Under the pieces are notes generated by a model. It did not search any database and was not told where the DNA came from. It saw only the letters and a program-made list of their open reading frames with translations. Below are positions 26,151-33,678 of a stretch of DNA of 64,000 nt, one piece after another; positions within the stretch are counted from its first letter, which is position 1; the number at the start of each line of letters is the position of its first letter. The stretch lies in the IMG/VR virus record IMGVR_UViG_3300032820_000001, positions 64,001 to 128,000 of that record; one strand, given 5' to 3'. The stretch is from a virus. The position numbers and the translations under genes were made by a program.

Positions 26151-27809
26151 TTAGGAGTCGGTGAACTGCACCGTGACCACGTTAAAGGAATCATCTATAA
26201 ACTGAAATGTATAAACGTGTCCAGGTCCCTGATCCAACCCGATCTCCGCCAACTTCACCAATGTGGTGGTTCCTGCGGCGAGGGGATATGGTGCACCAGT
26301 GGGAGGTGGGCTGCCAAACCAAACATCACCGTAGCCGGCGTTCGTTGCAACCGCCACGCAATTGGCGCTACAGGTAATATCAATGCTGCCACCGTTGTCA
26401 ACAATTGAAGCTGCAAAGGCAATATCAGCTTCTATCGTTACATCAACAGTAGCGGTGGCCGTTTGGTTTTGGCTGTCTGTTGCTGTAAAAGTCACTGTTT
26501 GGTTTGCACCAACAGCCATAGTGCTGGCATTTGCGGGATCCGCAGTAACAGCAAGTGCGCCGTCTTCGATATCAGTTGCAGTTGCATTAGACGCGAAGTC
26601 ATAATTAGTATTCTCTGTTAGAGTGGTACTTACTCCTGCAGTGTTAATCGTTGGCAAGTTGTCATAAAAGAACGGTGATGCAAACCACTGAGAATCTTCG
26701 CGGAAATAAAATTTATTATTCGCTGGGAACTCTGTGGTGCTGTTGGCACTAAATTCAGCGGCAGAACATTCCAAATAGAACACTTCTCCCTCTTCTGGGC
26801 TGGCTTCAATATCGGCAATTGTCGATACTTTCGGCGTGAAGAATTTCTCACAGGAAGTGTCGCCCGACATTTCAGCGTTCTTGTTGGCTGCTACAGTGAG
26901 AGAGTCACTTCGCATGCCAGCTGCTTTAGAAGAGCCGTCGACAGTTTTAGCGGCTGCGCCAAGCATGGCGTCAAGTCTATTCTGTCGACTTTGCAATTTC
27001 TTATCCAACTCATCGTCGGCTGCATGCAAGCTCGCTTTACCGTTCAAATAATTTGTAGCTTCTGCATTACCATAATCAACAGCAAATGCACTACTTGCCC
27101 CAATGGAACTGGTAGCGTTGCTGAGTTTGGTAGTCAAACCTGCTTCATGAGTATTTTCTGCGGTGTTATTGTGGGCACTCAAAGTTATCTGTTGTGCAGC
27201 AATTGTATCATTAGGTGCCTGAGCGGTACCTCTAATTTCTGATTTCATTGCGGTGATCTTAGAAGTTAAGGTGCCTCGCAGATCTGTATCTGCATCCATG
27301 GCAGTCTTAAGTGCTTCAAGAGTTTTCCAAGTTTCTTCAACGCCAGTGCCTTCTAGTCTCTGTGAGACTTGATATGCAAGCGAACCAGAAGTGGTATTAC
27401 TACCATTGATACGATTGATATCGGCCTTTGAAGCGTCAAGTTGAGTGTCCAATTTCAAATCGGCATCAAGTAAGCTTGATGCACTATTTGCATAGTTGGT
27501 GTCAGCTCGTGCTACATAGTCGTGGCCATTATTGGCTCCGTCTACAGCACTCGCTGCGGTTGAAACTCGCACGTTTTCCAGGTTTGTTCCGAGTGGACTG
27601 TGAGTCGTTGCGGAATCGGTGGTTCGAGTTCGAACCGAGCCTGAAAGGGTTTCGAGTCTAGTTACGATGTCTCCAGCAGATCCTAATACAGTAACTGTAC
27701 CAGAAAGAGTGGAAATGGCATCAGCATGACCTAATTCGGCCACACCATCGTCCATAAGTTTGTGTTTCACGGCTGAAGAGCCTGAAACTACTGCTATACC
27801 TTTAGTCAT
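26151..27809 (-). CDS. Fibre paralogue with C-terminal Ig-like (HYR/DUF5011-like) domain, 552 aa
   Basis: MTKGIAVVSGS; cap module GEVFYL...KFYFREDSQWFASPF; Ig-like ATATDIEDGAL...TVTFTATDSQNQTATATVDVTI. SD AAGGAG. Confidence 0.75.
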   Translation of the reverse strand: MTKGIAVVSGSSAVKHKLMDDGVAELGHADAISTLSGTVTVLGSAGDIVTRLETLSGSVRTRTTDSATTHSPLGTNLENVRVSTAASAVDGANNGHDYVARADTNYANSASSLLDADLKLDTQLDASKADINRINGSNTTSGSLAYQVSQRLEGTGVEETWKTLEALKTAMDADTDLRGTLTSKITAMKSEIRGTAQAPNDTIAAQQITLSAHNNTAENTHEAGLTTKLSNATSSIGASSAFAVDYGNAEATNYLNGKASLHAADDELDKKLQSRQNRLDAMLGAAAKTVDGSSKAAGMRSDSLTVAANKNAEMSGDTSCEKFFTPKVSTIADIEASPEEGEVFYLECSAAEFSANSTTEFPANNKFYFREDSQWFASPFFYDNLPTINTAGVSTTLTENTNYDFASNATATDIEDGALAVTADPANASTMAVGANQTVTFTATDSQNQTATATVDVTIEADIAFAASIVDNGGSIDITCSANCVAVATNAGYGDVWFGSPPPTGAPYPLAAGTTTLVKLAEIGLDQGPGHVYTFQFIDDSFNVVTVQFTDS

Positions 27810-27835
27810 AGTTTATTTTCTCCTTCTAATAGTTA

Positions 27836-29023
27836 TTATGATTCTGGTTCGAATCTGAACATGGATGGATGCCATTCGCCATCTTCACACATGTAAAGTT
27901 TATCGTCTTGTTTAAATGAAGTTGCACCATCACCGTCGGTGATAAATACAAACTTGCCATTGTGGGCTTGTCGCGCTGCGTTTGTCGCTGGATCGAGTCC
28001 TGCGTTAACCGCTGCAGTCGAGCTCATGTTGGGGAGCGAAAAGCGACCACTATTTGCGGTGAATCTCACAGTTCCCAAATCTGCAGTGCTACTAACCGTA
28101 AGCTTTCCAGCGAGGGTCATTGCACCACCAGTGGTGCCGTTACCTTCGAGGGCCGTAAGAGACAAATCTCTTTGGTAAATAGCTTCGTCCAAGTCCTTAT
28201 CGGCTTGAACCATGGTTCCAGCTGCAGTGATGTAGTTTTCAGTAGCGTAAGCATCAGGAGTATTTGTGCCATCGGCAGCGAGGCCGAGGTTAGTAAACGT
28301 GGTGCTCAATTCGCCAACTAACAAACCGTTTTCGGTGTTATAGCGAGAAATTTCACTTTCAAGAGCGCCAGACAAATAGCCAAGAGTGGCTGTGGCACCT
28401 TCGAGGTTGGCGATAAATGTCGCCTTTGAAGACGAAATGTGATTCTCGATTGCAGTCACCACGGTTGTGGCGGGTGCGTCGTCAAGACTATCGCCTGCGT
28501 TTCTCAGGGAGTCTTGAATGCCTTCAATGGTATCAAGTGCTCCTGCGGGGTTGGTGAAGTTAGCACCGGTTGCGCCGGCTCCAAAAACAACTTCTGCAAT
28601 TTGTCGCTTGATTGAGTGTGCGCCAGTGTTGGCATCCATTACATCAATTCTGTCTTGTTCGGTTTTTGCCAAAGCATCAATTGCTTTATCTGCGGCAGAG
28701 AATTCTGCTGCAGCGCCGTCGCCGCTTAAGGCAACATAAGTTCCAGCACCGGTGGTGCCCATAAGAACTTCTGCTGCATCTAATTTTTGCTGAATATCAG
28801 CAATTGTGTTTGAGTCTAGGGTTGCTTCTGTCCCAAGGTCGGTGTCGACTTGGGTGAGAGTTGCGGCTACGTCAGTAACAGCTGCGCCATCTTTGGCGAT
28901 TGAAACAACGCCATCGAGGTTGACCTGCTTTGAAGAGCCTGCAAGACCTAAGTTAAATTCGCCCTCGTTGTCGAGCTTGTGTACCTCTGCGGTACCACTG
29001 CGAACTACTATACCTTTTTTCAT
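27836..29023 (-). CDS. Fibre paralogue, 395 aa, ending in the cap module
   Basis: MKKGIVVRSGT; ALDTIEGIQDSL fibre motif; C-terminal GKFVFI...KLYMCEDGEWHPSMF. Start ATG 29023 with the shared TTTAATCCTTGGAGGGATATAAT leader. Confidence 0.75.
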   Translation of the reverse strand: MKKGIVVRSGTAEVHKLDNEGEFNLGLAGSSKQVNLDGVVSIAKDGAAVTDVAATLTQVDTDLGTEATLDSNTIADIQQKLDAAEVLMGTTGAGTYVALSGDGAAAEFSAADKAIDALAKTEQDRIDVMDANTGAHSIKRQIAEVVFGAGATGANFTNPAGALDTIEGIQDSLRNAGDSLDDAPATTVVTAIENHISSSKATFIANLEGATATLGYLSGALESEISRYNTENGLLVGELSTTFTNLGLAADGTNTPDAYATENYITAAGTMVQADKDLDEAIYQRDLSLTALEGNGTTGGAMTLAGKLTVSSTADLGTVRFTANSGRFSLPNMSSTAAVNAGLDPATNAARQAHNGKFVFITDGDGATSFKQDDKLYMCEDGEWHPSMFRFEPES

Positions 29024-29065
29024 ATTATATCCCTCCAAGGATTAAAGTGTTTTTATTAATTTCGA

Positions 29066-30331
29066 TTATGCATCATCCTTCAATAAGTGAGATGAGTGCC
29101 AGATTCCATTTTCACAAAAGTAAAGTACTGAACCTTCGGTAAATGGGGTTGCGCTCATGTCGGTAGCTGCGGCGTTGTTGAGGCAGAATACCTTTCCATT
29201 ATTGGAAGTATCACCATCTCGCATAGTCGCGTCATCAATTGCTTCTTGTCCAGTCATAACTGGGAAGTTAAAAGTTGAAGTGCTCATCATTTTCAGGTGT
29301 CCGCTAATGTCGGAAGTTCCGCTAATAGTGAGAGTGTTACATGCAAGCAAGTCAGAACTTAAAGCTGCTATGTCAGTTTCCAAAGTCTTGGTTGCGTCGT
29401 CAAACTTCTTATCTCTTGCGATCATTGAAGTTGCGCCAGTTGTATAATTACCTTCGGTCATGGCCGACATGGTTCCGTCAGCGGCCGTTCCAGCGCATGA
29501 GGCGCCTTGGGTGCTGTCGATATCGTCACGCAAAGCTTTTTGCGATCCACCCACAGGGCGAGCCGCGCTTGTCAGATCTGTCGTTCCTGCACGTCGGTTT
29601 TTCTCGGCTTCGATTTCTGTTTCGAGAGTGTTCAAGTTTTCGTCTGCAGTGCCGACATCACCGTCGATTTCTTCGAGTGCGGATGCAACGTCAGAAAGAA
29701 CGGTTCCGGAAAAGTCAGTGTCGTCAGCGATGCTGGCCTGAATTTCTGGAAGAGTGTCGAAAGCGTCACCGGGACTAGCAACAACATCAGCAATTGCTTT
29801 TTTGATGGAGCCAGCGTTGGATGCGTGTTCCAAAATGCCTAGTTCGGCTCTTTGTCTTACGATTTCAGCAACAAGTGCTTCGTCCACTGCTTTAAGAGTG
29901 GTTGCGTCTTTGACGCCTTGAATGTTTGCACTGGTTGTGTTCAGTGTGGGGTTAACCCCAACGATGCCAGAAGTGGCATTGTTTGTGGCTGCGCCGGTGC
30001 CCGCTGTCAAGCCGGCTGCAACGATCAAATCGTTAACCTTGCCGTCAAGAAGGTCTCTACGACCATCAGCATCTGATTCTTCTTTATCAAGAGAACCTTT
30101 TATACCATTGATGACTTTAGCTAAGTCATTTGAATTGGCGCCGTCGGCTGCCATGATGGTGCCATAAGTGCCGTCCGCTTTGACTTTAATGTCAAGGTTT
30201 TCGACTTGTACGGTACCATTAAGTGTTACGGCTGATGTGCCGCCGCCTCCGACTTTAGCGTCACCATTATCCACAAGCTTGTGAACGGTGGCGCCAGTGG
30301 AAGCATTTAATACTGCTATACCTTTTGCCAT
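29066..30331 (-). CDS. Fibre paralogue, 421 aa, ending in the cap module
   Basis: MAKGIAVLNAS; PGDAFDTLPEIQASIADDTDF fibre motif; C-terminal GKVFCL...VLYFCENGIWHSSHL. Start ATG 30331. Confidence 0.75.
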   Translation of the reverse strand: MAKGIAVLNASTGATVHKLVDNGDAKVGGGGTSAVTLNGTVQVENLDIKVKADGTYGTIMAADGANSNDLAKVINGIKGSLDKEESDADGRRDLLDGKVNDLIVAAGLTAGTGAATNNATSGIVGVNPTLNTTSANIQGVKDATTLKAVDEALVAEIVRQRAELGILEHASNAGSIKKAIADVVASPGDAFDTLPEIQASIADDTDFSGTVLSDVASALEEIDGDVGTADENLNTLETEIEAEKNRRAGTTDLTSAARPVGGSQKALRDDIDSTQGASCAGTAADGTMSAMTEGNYTTGATSMIARDKKFDDATKTLETDIAALSSDLLACNTLTISGTSDISGHLKMMSTSTFNFPVMTGQEAIDDATMRDGDTSNNGKVFCLNNAAATDMSATPFTEGSVLYFCENGIWHSSHLLKDDA

Positions 30332-30559
30332 ATTTATATCCCTCCAAGGATTAAAATTGTTAATTAAATGTCCGCAGCAGACCTGGCTGCTACAAACACT
30401 AAAGACGATTAGGCACAGTGGTGCCATAGTCTTCGGGGGTAAGTAGCTGAAATCATTGCTGAAATCTCAAATATATTCAATTGTTTTGATTGTGGCGAAA
30501 TAGGACTCATTCCGCAGGAGATCTGAAAAGAAATAAAAAAAGCACCCTGCTGGGTGCTT
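30329..30559 (-). promoter_or_regulatory. Terminator-promoter-leader cassette, copy B
   Basis: Terminator AAGCACCC/GGGTGCTT (30540-30559), GCTACTTA (30440-30447), hairpins GGCAC-CACT-GTGCC and GTAGCAG-CCAGGT-CTGCTGC, then TTAATTAACAATTTTAATCCTTGGAGGGATATAAAT-ATG. Confidence 0.7.
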
Positions 30560-30563
30560 CCTT

Positions 30564-30989
30564 TTAGGGGGCGTTTATACCCGAACCGCTGAGAACGTAT
30601 TCATCCTCAATCTCGGTAAGGGCTGCTATAATTTCGTAATCCCTCGCAACAATGCCGGAGTTTCTTATATAGAGTCGGCGGCACCTAACATTAAGGGTTA
30701 ATGGTGCGTTGAGATCATCCGACGATGGTGTGAAATCTAAATAGTTTCCATCTGGCAGTGGTGTGCCCCATGGAGCAGCAGGGAAGCCTCCCAAGTCAAA
30801 TGATATCTGCATGCGGCCAATTTTGTTAATAGTAACAGAGCTAGCTACATGAGGGAACTCAATCTCCAAAAAAGTGGGGTCTGCTGCAGATCCGGCATCC
30901 ACGCTGCCAGTTACTATGAAGGGCCTGCCAGAGTTTGTATATTGTGTGGCATCGTCGATTCCCGGCTTATAAGAATAATAATTGCTCAT
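30564..30989 (-). CDS. Hypothetical protein (141 aa), paralogue of 30998..31375
   Basis: Identical first 11 aa (MSNYYSYKPGI); shared SGRP, IEFP.V, NV.CRR.YI and EY(V/I)L.GSGI. Confidence 0.75.
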   Translation of the reverse strand: MSNYYSYKPGIDDATQYTNSGRPFIVTGSVDAGSAADPTFLEIEFPHVASSVTINKIGRMQISFDLGGFPAAPWGTPLPDGNYLDFTPSSDDLNAPLTLNVRCRRLYIRNSGIVARDYEIIAALTEIEDEYVLSGSGINAP

Positions 30990-30997
30990 GTTTTCCC

Positions 30998-31375
30998 CTA
31001 TGGCCCTGTAATTCCAGAGCCAGTAAGAATGTACTCATCGGTAATACCAGTCAGCTCACCCAAAGTTTGTATAGTGGTGGCATTGCCTGTGGCGGTTTCT
31101 ATATAAATCCTTCTACACTTGACATTAAAAATTCGAGGCTCTGAGGCTGCTTCGATGGTTATTTTGTTTGCAGCTGGTGCTGCAGCGTTGAAATAAAGTA
31201 AAATATCCTCATTGGTGCTCAGGATAGTGAACGACTTTGTTACACGGGGGAACTCAATCGGCTCTACGTGTCCCGAAGATGCAGGTGTTGTAACAATTTG
31301 GAACCATGGGCGCCCAGACATATAATACTGACCTGCCTCACCTATGCCCGGTTTATAACTATAATAATTACTCAT
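30998..31375 (-). CDS. Hypothetical protein (125 aa), paralogue of 30564..30989
   Basis: Shares the motifs listed for 30564..30989. Start overlaps the bS21 stop. Confidence 0.75.
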   Translation of the reverse strand: MSNYYSYKPGIGEAGQYYMSGRPWFQIVTTPASSGHVEPIEFPRVTKSFTILSTNEDILLYFNAAAPAANKITIEAASEPRIFNVKCRRIYIETATGNATTIQTLGELTGITDEYILTGSGITGP

Positions 31376-31593
31376 ACGTTTTTCTCCAGTGATTTTTTCT
31401 TAGCATTTTGCTTTTCAATCTCGCGTTTGGCTTTCTTCTTTATGAGGCGGGCCTTGTCGGACTTCTTTTGATAATATCTACGCTCTCTCAGTTGTTCCAT
31501 GATTCGGAACTTCTTGATATGTTTCATAAACCTTTTTATCATTCTCTCCGACGATTCTCCCGCTCTTGCCTTTATTGTAACATTTGTTGCCAT
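31372..31593 (-). CDS. rpsU: Phage-encoded ribosomal protein bS21
   Basis: 73 aa, basic: V.IKAR.GES.ERMIKRF.KH.KK..I.EQLRERRYYQKKS.K.R..K..AKR. Aligns by eye with the bS21 pattern (E. coli VIKVRENEPFDVALRRFKR...EVRRREFYEKPT..RKR). Confidence 0.85.
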   Translation of the reverse strand: MATNVTIKARAGESSERMIKRFMKHIKKFRIMEQLRERRYYQKKSDKARLIKKKAKREIEKQNAKKKSLEKNV

Positions 31594-31608
31594 TGTAATT
31601 AAGCCTTT

Positions 31609-32007
31609 CTAAATTAATTTTCCCCATCTGTTATTCATGAGTGAAGAAATATCGACACCAGAATCTCCCGGCTCGACTCCTTCCATCACATTTCCAGAAG
31701 CGGGGTCTGTGCCACGCATGGGGGTTGTTCCCTCAAATACATTTACACCACCATAGGCATCTTGGCCAATTGCGGTAAGCATTTTTCGCTTTGTCTCGTC
31801 GAGCTTCATCTTCATTTTCTTCGTGTCCTCGGTATCATCTCGTTTTTCTGTAGGAGTTGAAACCTCTGTAATCGGGGTGACTCCTTGGGAATATCCCTCA
31901 ACAACCTGAGATACAATGCTCTTCAGTAATCCTTCTTCGTATAGGGACTCTCTAATACATTCTTTGATGATGGGTTTTAATACTTTTTTGAGATCGCTTT
32001 TTTTCAT
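31609..32007 (-). CDS. Hypothetical head-associated protein (132 aa)
   Basis: N-terminal LKKVLKPIIKECIRE motif; located in the head gene cluster. Confidence 0.7.
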   Translation of the reverse strand: MKKSDLKKVLKPIIKECIRESLYEEGLLKSIVSQVVEGYSQGVTPITEVSTPTEKRDDTEDTKKMKMKLDETKRKMLTAIGQDAYGGVNVFEGTTPMRGTDPASGNVMEGVEPGDSGVDISSLMNNRWGKLI

Positions 32008-32805
32008 TTACTTTCCTTTTTTCTTATAGTCGCCCTGTTTGGCGTTAATAGCAAAATTAAGTTGCTGGACGGTTTTTATTTCGGCTGCAGTTCTTTCGCC
32101 CTTTTGCATCAGAGCGGCCTTCTTCCTCTCCAGCTCCTCTATTGTATAGTCAGTCCACTCGCCCGTAGATTTGATATCGCCCATCCAATCCTTATCTTTT
32201 TTCTTCTTCTTTTTCTTCTTTGCTTCAAACTGTGGGACGTAATCTTTTTCCGTGGAGTCTGTTTCTGGATCGATAGCACCGCCGCGCTTTTCTTTCTCAT
32301 CTTCATCGCCCTTTTTGTCACCACCTCTCATGGCGCGTTTGAGCTTATCGATGGCAGCGCCTGCTGAGGCGTCTTGATATTCAGACTCTTCCTGAACGCT
32401 TGTTACTTCCTTTGAAAACTCCGGGTCTTTCATCATAATTCGGAAATTGTGAATCTGCTGCTCATATGCAGTGTTGCCCATGCTAGGTGCATTAAGTTGA
32501 TCAGGGGGGACGACTTTTCCATTTAGGTCTCTCCAATTATTGGGGTCATCTGGAGAATTGTTGGGATCATATGTGGGATCGGCCCGGACTGTTTCTTCCA
32601 GATCTGGGGCTCCCTCGGAGAAAGCTTTTGTTATTTCTTGAGCTACAAGTTCATCGAGGCTGATGGTTTCGTCATCTTGGGTGATATTGTCGCCATGCAT
32701 TTGCGATGCGGGGCCATCGTTGATGTCCTCGTCTATGTTGATAAATTTTGCACTCTCAACTTCTTCTTTGATAATTTGTCTCAATCTAGATTTCTTGATT
32801 TGCAT
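32008..32805 (-). CDS. Highly charged hypothetical protein, possible internal head protein (265 aa)
   Basis: N-terminal MQIKKSRLRQIIKEE, acidic middle and poly-Lys tract near the C-terminus. Confidence 0.65.
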   Translation of the reverse strand: MQIKKSRLRQIIKEEVESAKFINIDEDINDGPASQMHGDNITQDDETISLDELVAQEITKAFSEGAPDLEETVRADPTYDPNNSPDDPNNWRDLNGKVVPPDQLNAPSMGNTAYEQQIHNFRIMMKDPEFSKEVTSVQEESEYQDASAGAAIDKLKRAMRGGDKKGDEDEKEKRGGAIDPETDSTEKDYVPQFEAKKKKKKKKDKDWMGDIKSTGEWTDYTIEELERKKAALMQKGERTAAEIKTVQQLNFAINAKQGDYKKKGK

Positions 32806-33049
32806 TATTGTTCTCCTCTTTTTCTTTCGATAGTCGCATTAGGGTGTGGGCTTGGGCTTGTTTTACGATGCCGTTGATTATTTCGAGAAACAACAATTCC
32901 TTGGTCAAATCTAAGTTGCCATCTTCGTCGGTGAAAAGTTGCTTATAGCCGCTAGTCACGGAATCAACAAGCTCCTCAGCGCCAGGAAGACTGTGGTCTA
33001 TCATCCCGATTTTATGGCGTGGATTGTGTATCTCAACTAGAATAGCCAT
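32786..33049 (-). CDS. Hypothetical protein (87 aa)
   Basis: ATG at 33049 overlaps the protease stop (TGATG). Confidence 0.6.
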   Translation of the reverse strand: MAILVEIHNPRHKIGMIDHSLPGAEELVDSVTSGYKQLFTDEDGNLDLTKELLFLEIINGIVKQAQAHTLMRLSKEKEENNNANQEI

Positions 33050-33666
33050 CACTTGTTCTCCCAAGGTTTCAGAATTTCGTTGAGAGCTCTATTAATCCGG
33101 TCGGCTTTAGTTACAATGTTATCGCTTCTCTCTTTTCCTTCCTTCATCATGAAGGCACCAGTCGTAGACGGTTCGGAAACAAAATCAAAACAAATTAATT
33201 GAAAGTCATCTTGAACAATCGTTTCGCCGCCAGAGGCTTCGGCTACGGAACCAAGGCCGCGAGAGGAGATTCCAAGCTTTACGCCGCCATCAACAAGGTT
33301 GCGGAGAATTTGGCCAGATGGGGTATTGAGAACCTGAACTTTTCCTTTCACGTCGTCGCCATCCCACCACACATCAGTAACGATGTGAGATGCATTTTTA
33401 AGATTAACCACGTCGGAGTCTGGGTGATCAAGTTCTCCCACCGCCCTTCGGTCTCTAACAATCTTCTTGTAATTTTCCACTTCTCGTTGAAGTGTTTTAC
33501 GGGGATACTTTCTGCCGTTGCCGTTTTTAGCCTCCGCTCTCTGCATCACGCCCGTAAGAAACGTGGCTCCTTCTTTCACCAATTGCTTTTCAGCTTCGGT
33601 AAGAAGATCTTCACATGTACCATTGGGGCACAATTCATAATATTCTGTGAGCAAAAACTTTGACAT
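33049..33666 (-). CDS. gp21: Prohead core protease (T4 gp21-like)
   Basis: NGNGRKYP, GELDHP (catalytic His), TPSGQIL, LGISSRGLGS (catalytic Ser), FDFVSEPST. Start ATG 33666 (SD GGAG). Confidence 0.95.
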   Translation of the reverse strand: MSKFLLTEYYELCPNGTCEDLLTEAEKQLVKEGATFLTGVMQRAEAKNGNGRKYPRKTLQREVENYKKIVRDRRAVGELDHPDSDVVNLKNASHIVTDVWWDGDDVKGKVQVLNTPSGQILRNLVDGGVKLGISSRGLGSVAEASGGETIVQDDFQLICFDFVSEPSTTGAFMMKEGKERSDNIVTKADRINRALNEILKPWENK

Positions 33667-33678
33667 CAAATTCTCCAT

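Noticed and set aside
25194-27465. Possible diversity-generating retroelement template/variable repeat pair
   Set aside because: Both copies are in-frame coding, mismatches include C/T changes rather than only adenines, and no reverse transcriptase is present in the window.
25891-30427. ORF-track N-termini MEGYN... (25906, 29038) and MAPLCL... (30427)
   Set aside because: They start at TTG or upstream ATG inside the conserved leader. The SD GGAGG places the real starts at 25891, 29023 and 30331, which align with the MxKGI motif.
30360-30540. Possible tRNA or riboswitch in the structured intergenic region
   Set aside because: No cloverleaf, T-loop or CCA and no riboswitch consensus that I recognise; treated as a structured leader instead.
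16611-30559. Dispersed repeats as a CRISPR array or insertion-sequence ends
   Set aside because: Copies are kilobases apart with no regular spacers. They are terminator and RBS elements, with no transposase or target-site duplication.
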